Positions 53,494 to 64,000 of a DNA stretch of 64,000 bases are shown one piece after another. Position 1 is the first letter of the stretch. Each line of letters opens with the position of its first letter. The DNA is taken from positions 41,292,001-41,356,000 of the forward strand of contig OX597836.1 in NCBI GenBank assembly GCA_951406725.2, written 5' to 3'. Source of the stretch: Octopus vulgaris (lineage: Eukaryota). Position numbers and translations under genes: made by a program. The notes under the pieces are model-generated. The model saw nothing but the letters and a program-made list of their open reading frames with translations. It was not told the origin of the DNA and made no database searches.

Positions 53494-54348
53494 TTATATT
53501 CAGATATACATCTATATATGTACACAAATATATATATATATATCTGTATGTGTTTGCGTATGTATGTCTGTATGTTAATCTCTCTATATACATATAGAAA
53601 TATGCACGTGCCTACACAACATTGTCCTGTTCTGTTCATATTGTACAACAAAAAGTGTGATATAATGCTAACAACAACAACAACAAAAAACAAACAGGCA
53701 AAAAACCTGCAAGAACAACAACACCACAACATTGAGCAACAACAACACAACATTGAACAACAACAACAATACCGGCAGTTGTAATACAACTACAACAAAA
53801 TACCATCAACAAACAAAAGTCATTGCGCCCCAGAGAAGACGATGATGTCCCTCCGCCTCCGCCTCCATCACCGGCACCAGCACCAAATTCCTCATTCTCC
53901 TCCTCCTCATCCTCTTCCTTCATCTCTCCCCTCTCTCTCCCTTCTCCATCAATCTTTCCATTAAATATTAAAAACACTGCAAGCCTTTCTATGTTATTCA
54001 GGTGTAACTGTTAAATGTGAAAGTGAAAGTAGAAAACATGGTGCCGTTAGCGTTGCTGGTACTGAGATGTAGTGAGAGGTAGCGTAAGCGTGAAAGTGCT
54101 ACGTCGATATTACCCGAAGTTGAAGCATACGGCAAAGAACATGCATTAAGTTGATAATAGAGACAATTGATAATTTGATAATGAAGGTAACTGCGTGCAT
54201 GTTTGCGTGTATGTGTGCGCGGTGCCTATGCATATCCCTCGCTCTCTCTCTCTCTCACTTTCTTTCTCATTCTCTCTCTATCTCTCTGTTTATATATATA
54301 TATATATAAATATATATATATATACGCATACATATATACATATATATA

Positions 54349-54437
<89 letters not shown>

Positions 54438-54448
54438 TTATATATATA

Positions 54449-54519
<71 letters not shown>

Positions 54520-54570
54520 AATATATATGTATATATACACATACATATATATACATATATATATACATAT

Positions 54571-54640
54571 AAAGTTAATCCAAACAACAAAACACAAAAA
54601 AAACACAACAACGCGGGGACGTGGAACAAATATAGTATTA
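54571..54640 (-). mobile_element. Family A 3' fragment in (TA)n
   Basis: Matches 36734-36805; lacks the ribozyme part. Confidence 0.7.
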
Positions 54641-54673
54641 TATATACATATATATATATATAAATATATATAC

Positions 54674-54746
<73 letters not shown>

Positions 54747-55092
54747 AATATATATATATTTATATTTATATTTATATATATACATATATAGATTGATATA
54801 TGTATATGTAGATGTATGTATGTGTGTGTATATATATATATATATGTGTGTGTGTGTGAGTATTTGAGTGTGCATGTGTGTAGGGATGTGGAAGGTGCAC
54901 CTGTGCATATGCTTTATGAGAGGGTATGTTACGTGTGCGAGTTGTTTGAACGTTAAATTTTGCAATTTCATTACTTAACTTTCAAGACAACCGGAAACAT
55001 ACTATGTGTGCATGTATGTATATATGTATGTATATATGTATGTATATATGTATTTACTCATGTGTTTATGCATATATATACATACTTACATG

Positions 55093-55159
<67 letters not shown>

Positions 55160-55269
55160 TTATAATTGTATGTATATATCTATCAATAACTAGTTATCTT
55201 ATTTATCTTTCTGTCTACTTCTGCCTGTCCTTCCATCTATAGAAGGATAGACAGATATATATATATATA

Positions 55270-55430
55270 TGTGTGGTAAGTCACTTGTTTACCAACCACA
55301 TGGTTCCGGGTTCAGTCCCACTGCGTGGCACCTTGGGCAAGTGTCTTCTACTATAGCCTCGGGCCGGCCAAAGCCTTGTGAGTGGATTTGGTAGACGGAA
55401 ACTGAAAGAAGCCCGTCGTATATATGTATG

Positions 55431-55467
<37 letters not shown>

Positions 55468-55659
55468 GCATGTGTGTGTTTGTGTTTGTCCCCCTAGCAT
55501 TGCTTGACAACCGATGCTGGTGTGTTTATATCCCCGTCACTTAGCGGTTCGGCAAAAGAGACCGATAGAATAAGTACTGGGCTTACAAAAGAATAAGTCC
55601 CGGGGTCGATTTGCTCGATTAAAGGCGGTGCTCCAGCAGTCAAATGACTGAAACAAGTA
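55270..55659 (+). mobile_element. SINE family 1 (followed by an inverted fragment at 55661-55754)
   Basis: Matches the family. Confidence 0.85.
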
Positions 55660-55754
55660 TTCGACGGGCTTCTTTCAGTTTCCTTCTACAAAATCCACTG
55701 ACAAATCTTCGGTCGGCCGAGGCTATAATAGAAGACACTTGTCCAAGGTGCCAC

Positions 55755-55920
55755 AAAAGAAAGAAAGAGACCTCGATATTATGTAAATAGAGGAATTTAT
55801 CTGTAAATGTAATGTGTGACAATTATTCGGTACCCATGATAAAACTCCGAGTTGCGGATACTGAGGTGGAAATCCACGCCGCCATCTCTTCAGTTATCCG
55901 GCCATCGGAAAAATGCTATC
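55755..55920 (-). mobile_element. Family C hammerhead element
   Basis: Motif at 55838-55898 reads GAUAA-CUGAAGA-GAUG...UAUC-C-GCAA-CUC(G)GAG-UU^UUAUC; homologous to 32238-32400. Confidence 0.7.
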
Positions 55921-55941
55921 AAATATATATATATATATATA

Positions 55942-56149
55942 CTCTTTACTCTTTTACTTGTTTCAGTCATTTGACTGCGGCCATGCTGGAGCACCGCCTT
56001 TAGTCGAGCAAATCGACCCCAGGACTTATTCTTTGTAAGCCCAGTACTTATTCTATCGGTCTCTTTTGCCGAACCGCTAAGTAACGGGGACATAAACACA
56101 CCAGCATTGGTTGTCAAGCAATGCTAGGGGGACAAACACAGACACACAA

Positions 56150-56184
<35 letters not shown>

Positions 56185-56353
56185 CATATATACGACAGGC
56201 TTCTTTCAGTTTCCGTCTACCAAATCCACTCACAAGGCTTTGGTCGGCCCGAGGCTATAGCAGCAGACACTTGCCCAAGATGCCACGCAATGGGACTGAA
56301 CCCGGAACCATGTGGTTAGTAAGCAAGCTAATTACCACACAGCCACTCCTGCG
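55942..56353 (-). mobile_element. SINE family 1
   Basis: Matches the family. Confidence 0.9.
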
Positions 56354-56354
56354 G

Positions 56355-56427
<73 letters not shown>

Positions 56428-56461
56428 CACACACATATATAAATATATACATATATATATA

Positions 56462-56835
56462 CTACAGGTAAGCCTGGTTTCACCCGGTCTGTTTGGATGA
56501 TGTGGCTGTGATCGTTTTCGATTAGCCATAATCTATAGCAGCGTTTGTCAACCTTATCATTTCGGGTCCCCTGTTTCGATTGACCCCACCCCGTCAGAAA
56601 ACAGCTTCTAAGCAACTGGTTGTTTTAATGGCGGAAGAAAGAGGGGAATTCCATTAGAAAAAGTTTTAATCGATTTTCTCGGTAAGTATGGGGGGTGGGG
56701 GTTAGGAAAAAAATACAAACTGCATTCCAATCTATGCACCCATCTCCACATGTGTGCCATTTTTCATGTGAATCCACCCAGCCGTTTGGCTGTGAAAGAA
56801 TACAACGATCGCCCATGTCCAATTTATATTATAGA
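56462..56835 (-). mobile_element. Non-autonomous Helitron-like element
   Basis: The minus strand starts A|TCTATAATATAAA and ends with an imperfect GC hairpin CCGGGTGAAACCAGG, then GTAG|T; inserted at an AT site. Confidence 0.55.
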
Positions 56836-56973
56836 TATATACGTGTGTATGTGTGTGTGCAGCAAGCAGAAGGGGACAAAGAAGATGAACTCCTTTCCTC
56901 CTATAAATACAACAACCAGTTTCAGCTTACAATATAATTTTCTAATTTCAAATGTCTTTCATCCATACCCTGA

Positions 56974-57560
56974 AGTTAGTTAGTTAATTTTGGGGCTCAA
57001 AAAGCAAAAAGCAAGGCCATGTAGGGGGTCATGGAGTTATGTACAGGGTGGTGTTCATGTAAAGAGTTCAGGCCACTTGTGGTCAAGGGAGACTTTGAAC
57101 CAAGCGGTCGTCGGCATCTTCACTATCTCGTCCGGCAGCTTATTCCACGGATCCGCAACCCGGACGGAGAAAGCCCCTCTCCTTCGATTGAGATGAAATC
57201 GTCGCAGATAGAGCTTTTCGGAGTGACCCCACAGCCGACGCTCTGAAGCAGGAGTGAAAAACAGCTCTTTCGAGAGGTTACACTTTCCGCTTATGATGTT
57301 GTGAGCAAGAATGAGATCTCCACGGCGTCGTCGTTTTTCTAGAGAATAAAGGTCGAGCGTCTTCAGCCTTTCTTCATAAGACAAATGCTTGAGACCAAGA
57401 ACCATGCGGGTAGCCAGCTTCTGGACTCTTTCGAGATGTTGTATGTCTTTGAGGAGATAAGGAGAAGAGGCTTGAATCCCGTACTCCAATATGGGTCTCA
57501 CCAGCGTGACATAGAGCGGTAGGAATATGGCTGCTGTGAGCATTCCGAATGACTGCGAAG
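56974..57560 (-). mobile_element. CR1-clade LINE 3' end
   Basis: LYVTLVRPILEYG...LERVQKLATR...LSYEERL...RRRGDLI...WNKLP; (AACT)n tail. Confidence 0.9.
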
Positions 57561-57926
57561 ATGACTGCTGATCAACAAAAACAGTTGTCTTGGAATATTC
57601 TAGACAGAGAGACACGCAAACAGGTTTCAGGATTTGATCAGAGTCCAAAATATTTCGGATTTATAACTGAGACTTGCTCTTCTTATCTTTTATCTTTTCC
57701 TTGTTTCAGTCATTGAACTTGCACTAATACAAGGGACCCATACTGAAGGGTTTAGTCGAGCAATTCGCCCCCAGAACTTCTTTTTAAGTTTGGTGATTTT
57801 TCTTGGCTGGACCACGAAGTTATGGGGGACGTAAACAAAGCGACACCGATTGAATAGCAGTGGTGGCGGGACAAACACACACGCACATAATTATATATAC
57901 ATATATATATATATATGTATAAATAA

Positions 57927-58152
57927 GGCGGCGAGCTGGCAGAAACGTTAGCACGCCGGGTGAAATGCTTAGCGGTATTTCGTCTGCAGCTACGTTCTGA
58001 GTTCAAATTCCGCCGAGGTCGACTCTGCCTTTCATCCTTTCGGGATCGATAAATAAATTACCAGTTACGCACTGGAGTGGATGTAATCGACTTAATCCCT
58101 TTGTCTGTCCTTGTTTGTCCCCTCTATGTTTAGTCCCTTGTGGGCAATAAAG

Positions 58153-58155
<3 letters not shown>
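57927..58155 (+). mobile_element. SINE family 3, monomer
   Basis: Complete head, core and AATAAAGAAAT tail. Confidence 0.85.
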
Positions 58156-58218
<63 letters not shown>

Positions 58219-58219
58219 A

Positions 58220-58546
58220 TAATGACCCCCTTCGGTCATGACTGACCGTGGGATTTCACCAAGAAAGTTACTCACCAGGCACAAGTCCGAGTGAGGCTGT
58301 TTACGGAAGACCAGCAGTGGGCCATGCATACCGGCCTCCACTCTCCACGCCACCAGTGTTATCCAAGGGAAAGGCAAAGGTCGATACAGCTTGGCACCAG
58401 TGACATCACAACTCATTTCTACAGCTGAGTGAACTGGAGCAACGTGAAACAAAGTGTCTTGCTCAAGAACACAACACGCAGCCCGGTCCGGGATTCGAAC
58501 TCACAACCTCACGATCGTAAGCTCGACGCTCTAACCACTGAGCCGT
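58220..58546 (-). mobile_element. CORE-like tRNA SINE with a further distinct tail
   Basis: GGCTCAGTGGTTAGAGCG...GAGTTCGAATCCC head and TTGAGCAAGACACTT core. Confidence 0.75.
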
Positions 58547-58917
58547 GAGATAAATACGATATGAACGGGCTTTCAAGCAGTTTCTATCTACTATATTCAC
58601 TCACAAGGCATTGGCCGACACAAAGCTGAAGTAGAAGACACTTGCCCAAGGTGCTGTGCAGTAGGACTGAACACGGCACCGTGGTTGCAAAGCTATCTTC
58701 TTAACCACACAGCCATGTCATTGCCTATAGCCATGCCTGTATAAGTATTTTAATATATTTCTGTGTCAATAATAATTTCGCCTGTTTATAGCTGGTCCAG
58801 CGCATCTCTCTCCAGTGTTGACCACAGTCAATTTCTTCTAGAAAAAGAGAAAGAAACCCCCAGTACTTGACTTCTAACTATCAAGAGGCCTATATGTATA
58901 CTATACCCACGCAAATG

Positions 58918-58968
<51 letters not shown>

Positions 58969-59043
58969 ATTTTTATAGAACTATACCCGATGTTTCAGGA
59001 GTGTAACATCACACCCTTATATGTTTGGAGAACTCAGATGTTT

Positions 59044-59132
59044 TTTCGGTTGATGAGTACGGGTCACTTATATTTACTGCAATATTTGCAGCCTTAATAA
59101 AGATGTCTTCGTACGAAACAATTGTACCGAAA
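59044..59132 (+). ncRNA. Type I hammerhead motif with extended helix II (C3U variant)
   Basis: UUUCGG-UUGAUGA-GUACGGG[~44 nt]UUCGUAC-GAAA-CAAUUG-UA^CCGAAA. Confidence 0.7.
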
Positions 59133-59333
59133 TATTGATCCATTCTTGTTGTTTTTTTCTTATTTATAATCATCCCGCATTATCTTATGGTTAATACCAT
59201 ATAGATTTCTGGTGCATCTTAGTTAAGTACCGCATTCATGTGAATTCAACAGAACTCACTTGAATCTTAATATATATATATATATATATATATAGTAAGG
59301 AGAGACACACAAATAAGAAAGAAGAAAGCAAAG

Positions 59334-59377
59334 GACCACTGATGCGGTCTCAGGAGTGTGACGAAAGAACTCTGGCC
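59334..59377 (+). ncRNA. Degenerate hammerhead motif
   Basis: CCA-CUGAUGC-G-GUCUCA(GGAG)UGUGAC-GAAA-GAAC-UC^UGG; A9 is changed. Confidence 0.45.
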
Positions 59378-59721
59378 GAAATAAGATTAAGATTAATGTA
59401 AAAAATAAATAACGCTGAAGCAAAGTAACGCCAAATGTATAGTGCGTGTATATATTTGGTTGAATAACGATACGTGTTTCGTGGTTATATTTAAGAAATG
59501 ATTATAATAAAAAAATTAATTATATATATATATATTTAAATATGTGATGTAGATATATATATATATATATATACGTACGTATGTATGTATGTTAGTACAA
59601 ATTTTCTTGTTTCAATAATGATTCGTATGAAGCTAAAAGTGTATCTCGAGTACTAGATTTGAAAACTCCTTTTGAATGCTCCATAGATATACATACATAC
59701 ATATAAATATATGTATGTATA

Positions 59722-59782
<61 letters not shown>

Positions 59783-59808
59783 ATAAATGTATGTGTATAT
59801 ATATATAT

Positions 59809-60142
59809 ATCAAAATTAGCAACAAGGATATCCAGAGGTAATGCACTACAATCGTTTCAAGCGACTCCATTTAATTGAACAATGCAACCATTACATCAGT
59901 TTAAATGCAGAGCAATCCTCATCTGCATAAACACATATAATTAAATTGAAATAAAATTTAAACAGATGGACACTTTAGTATAATTTTACTTAAAACCTCC
60001 AAGAAGGTAAGGAGATCGACAAAGAACATGCTGTCTTCACTTCAGCTTAGAACTGATGTAATGGATGCATCATTCAACTAAATGAAGTTGATTGAAACGA
60101 TCGTACTGCATTACCTCTGGATATCCTGTTGCTTATTTTGAT
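59809..60142. repeat. Imperfect ~92-bp inverted repeat pair with ~150-bp spacer
   Basis: 59809-59901 is the diverged reverse complement of 60051-60142. Confidence 0.75.
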
Positions 60143-60221
60143 TTTATCACCTAACTTTGAGAACGTATGGATAATACCGTACTAGATTCTAGTGCCTCAA
60201 CTTAAGTAACTAATTCATCTG

Positions 60222-60286
<65 letters not shown>

Positions 60287-60790
60287 ATATATATATATAT
60301 CTTCAGAATGCGTTCTAACGAATTTTTCCACCGTCTATGCTTAAAAAAAAGCCCTTATTGTTGGTTTCCTTGTCCTGTCTTTTACTGTTTTTATCTTTAT
60401 TTGTACTGCTTTATTTCTTCATTTGTATTGCTTTTACGTCCTGTCCTGGCGACTTTTTTTACCCCTCCGCAAAAGAATTTTATTTAATTCATTTTGCGGG
60501 AAGGACTGCTTCGGCGTGGCCGTGTTCTGCCCTTACCTTCGAAACACGCATTGAGTCGAAACCGGGGCAGCTGAAGAAGGGGAATGTTCCTTGTGTTGTT
60601 TGTCTTGTACTCTGTTTTTTCGTTGTTAAAAAAAGTCCGTTTCCTTGTTTGGTTTTATGTTTTCGTTTCTCGTTGTGTTCTACGTTTATTTGTGGTGTCC
60701 TGCACTCATATATGCATGTATATATACATATAGATGTAGGTATGTACATATATGTATGTATGTATGTATGCGTATGTTTTATTTATTGAA

Positions 60791-60847
<57 letters not shown>

Positions 60848-61911
60848 TACAATGGGCTTCAGCGGAATATCCTCCGAGGCCAATTTCACGAGGCGTTGAT
60901 TAAATAAGGATATAGCGTGTGACTCTTTTCTCCAAGATGCCATAGAGTGGGACCGACCCCAAAAACCGTGTGGTTTCAAAGTGAAATTGTTACCCATACA
61001 GCTACGCCCTTATCGCCTTATTTCTGCATATTTGTTACAGCAAAGTTCATCAACTGTACTCAGATTCCATGAGACATTTCTAAGTGGTTTTTGATATACA
61101 TGCGTAGAATTTACCCCCGAACAGCTGTAAGAAACTTCTTTCTCGTTATGTTGGGGAAACGCCCAACGTTTTCACCCTCGTTCATGTCGACAGATGTTGA
61201 AAAACATGGTCAGCGACTGAAGTATGGGAAGTGTGGCAAGCGTGGAGGCTGAGAATGGTCGGGGTGGGACACGGGTGGAAGTAGGTGAGATTGTTATGTA
61301 AACACGAGAGGTTTGGTGTACAAGTTTTGCAGTGGGAATTCCTGAAGTGATGCAGCGGTTGTAGGTTGAAATAATGGAATATAAAAGGAAGACGCAGGAG
61401 GGATTACAAATGCAGCAGCGACAATAACAACAATAAGATGAATATAAGAAAAACATATACATCAACAACAAAAAGAAAACATATATATGTACATGTAATT
61501 ACATAAATATATATGTTTGCATATGCATATATACATGTGTGCATTAAAGTATATAAATATATATATATATGTAAATGTGTGTTTGTGTGTGCGTATGTAT
61601 ATAATGTATATATGTATATGTATGTATGTATGCATATATATATATAATGTATATATTTACATATGTATGTACCTTGGTTGTTTTGTTTTCGAATTTCCCA
61701 CCACGAATAAAAACCGGTTTCTAACCTAGAAACAAGGCTTTCTTTAGAATTAAAAAAATATATAGCATTGTATGTATGCACACATGCGTATACGCATATG
61801 CACACACACACATATTCATATATATATATATATGTGTGTGTGCGCGTGTGTGTGTATGTGTGTGTGTGTGGAATATAGATGTATGTGTATGTGTTTGTGT
61901 GTGTGTGTGTG

Positions 61912-61912
<1 letters not shown>

Positions 61913-61997
<85 letters not shown>

Positions 61998-62062
61998 TAT
62001 AGATAGATATATAGATAGATAGATATATAGATAGATAGATAGAGAGATAGATAGATAGATAA

Positions 62063-62145
<83 letters not shown>

Positions 62146-62165
62146 AAGATAGATAGATAGATAGA
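61913..62165. repeat. (GATA)n array
   Basis: Direct reading. Confidence 0.95.
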
Positions 62166-62439
62166 GGCTTTAAGAGTTTCTAAACTTCGAGAGAACCTGA
62201 AATGATTATTTTTATTTTTGGAACGGTAAAACTCGAAATAGATAACGCTGCATACAACAACAACAACAACAACAACAACAAGAGCAACAACCGACTTCTA
62301 GTACTGATGCATCAATGACCGACCCCGGAAAGCTGAAAGGCAAAGATGATCCTAGCGTGTTTTGAACTCAGAACTTAGAGTCGAAAGCAACATTGCAATG
62401 GCATTATATTCAACTCTCAAAGAAAAGTATCTATCCTGA

Positions 62440-62596
62440 GGCGCAGGAGTGGCTGTGTGGTAAGTAGCTTGCTAACCAACCACATGGTTGCGGGTTCAGT
62501 CCCACTGCATGACATCTTGGGCAAGTATCTTCTGCTATAGCTCCGGGCCAACCAGAGTGGATTTGGTAGACGGAAACTGAAAGAAGCCCGTCATAC

Positions 62597-62640
<44 letters not shown>

Positions 62641-62842
62641 GTGTGTGTGTATGTGTTTGTGTGTGTGTGTTTGTCCCCCCAGCATTGCTTGACAACTTAC
62701 TTAGCGGTTCGGCAAAAGAGACCGATAGAAAAAGTACTGGGCTTACAAAGAATAAGTCCCGGGGTCGAGTTGCTCGACTATAGGCAGTGCTCCAGCATGG
62801 CCGCAATCAAATGACTGAAACAAGTAAAAGAGTAAAGAGAGT
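62440..62842 (+). mobile_element. SINE family 1 (internal deletions)
   Basis: Matches the family. Confidence 0.85.
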
Positions 62843-62896
62843 ATCCGAAGACTAAATTCTGTGTGCGTGCGTGTGTGCAACTTGTGTGTGTGTATG

Positions 62897-62954
<58 letters not shown>

Positions 62955-63533
62955 TACATATATACATACATACATACGTACGTACGTATACATACATACG
63001 TACATACGTACGTACATACATACATTCATAGAAAAATATATAACATTTTTATGTACATACATATATATACATACACACACACTTACACATTTATTCATGT
63101 ATATAGACGGTTGTGATAGGCCAGTTTTTTATCAGCGAGACTACGAAACAGTTTGCGCGTATATGTATGTGTATGCTTGTATACGCGCGCTCCTTGCCGT
63201 GGCCTTCCTCGTAGAAAGCCATTGTATCAATCAGTTCAACTTCTCAATTTTTACGTCAGCTAAAATAAATACGTAGGGAGCATGTCTCACTCCATGGCTG
63301 CACTACAGGGTTCCATTCCAAAATCCTCTTGTTTTCCCTCTTTTTCTCTGATCTCATCTCTCTCCCTCTCTCTTTCTCTCTCTCTCTACTTCTTCACGCT
63401 TTTTCTCTTTCACTTTCTCTGTTGCTCTCCCTCTTCCGCACCCGTTCTTAAAACAGATCCGAACCGTTTTTGACAATAACTTTAAACTTTAATAATAAAC
63501 ATCAAGCTTGGCTGCTGCTGCTGCTGCTGCTGG

Positions 63534-63587
<54 letters not shown>

Positions 63588-63730
63588 TACTATCGCTGCT
63601 GCTACCTCTACTACAAGTGCTACTACTACTACTACTACTACACACAAACACAAACACACAAACACAAACGCACACACATATATGTATATATGTATATATA
63701 TACATATATATATACACAAATATATATATG

Positions 63731-63767
<37 letters not shown>

Positions 63768-63768
63768 G

Positions 63769-63840
<72 letters not shown>

Positions 63841-64000
63841 GCATCTATGTACATATGTACATATCTATATCTAAATATACAGAAACTTCAATGTAAACGT
63901 GCAACGAGATTGTAAAACTTCATAACAAAGTATTACATAGGACACACCAACACGACCCGTTCTCGTCGGTTGATCATGCATCTCAAGCAAAGGATACACA

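Noticed and set aside
60495-60600. GAAA and CUGAAGA words in a GT-rich element-like segment
   Set aside because: No consistent hammerhead topology could be built.

Overview
A repeat-saturated, AT-rich eukaryotic intergenic or intronic window with no recognisable host exon. The SINE, LINE and microsatellite mix looks like an Octopus (coleoid cephalopod) genome; that assignment is an inference. Nearly all ORFs in the supplied track are translations of microsatellites or SINEs. The real coding remnants are all transposon-derived: two Penelope-like elements (RT C-terminus plus GIY-YIG), RTE-group LINEs (one with three C2H2 fingers, one with a 5' inversion), CR1 3' ends, a decayed L1/Tx1-like element, a tandemly amplified R4/Dong-like CCHC fragment and mariner remnants. 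There are also a hAT MITE, a non-autonomous Helitron and three tRNA-derived SINE families in many copies. The most interesting layer is non-coding. At least seven short sequence types, mostly beside (TA)n tracts, carry type I hammerhead-ribozyme motifs with palindromic minimal helix III, helix II segments of about 12 to 105 nt and recurrent core variants. They occur in tandem, head-to-head and fold-back arrangements, consistent with a diverse Penelope-pLTR or retrozyme-like system. All folds were read by eye and none has been computed or tested.
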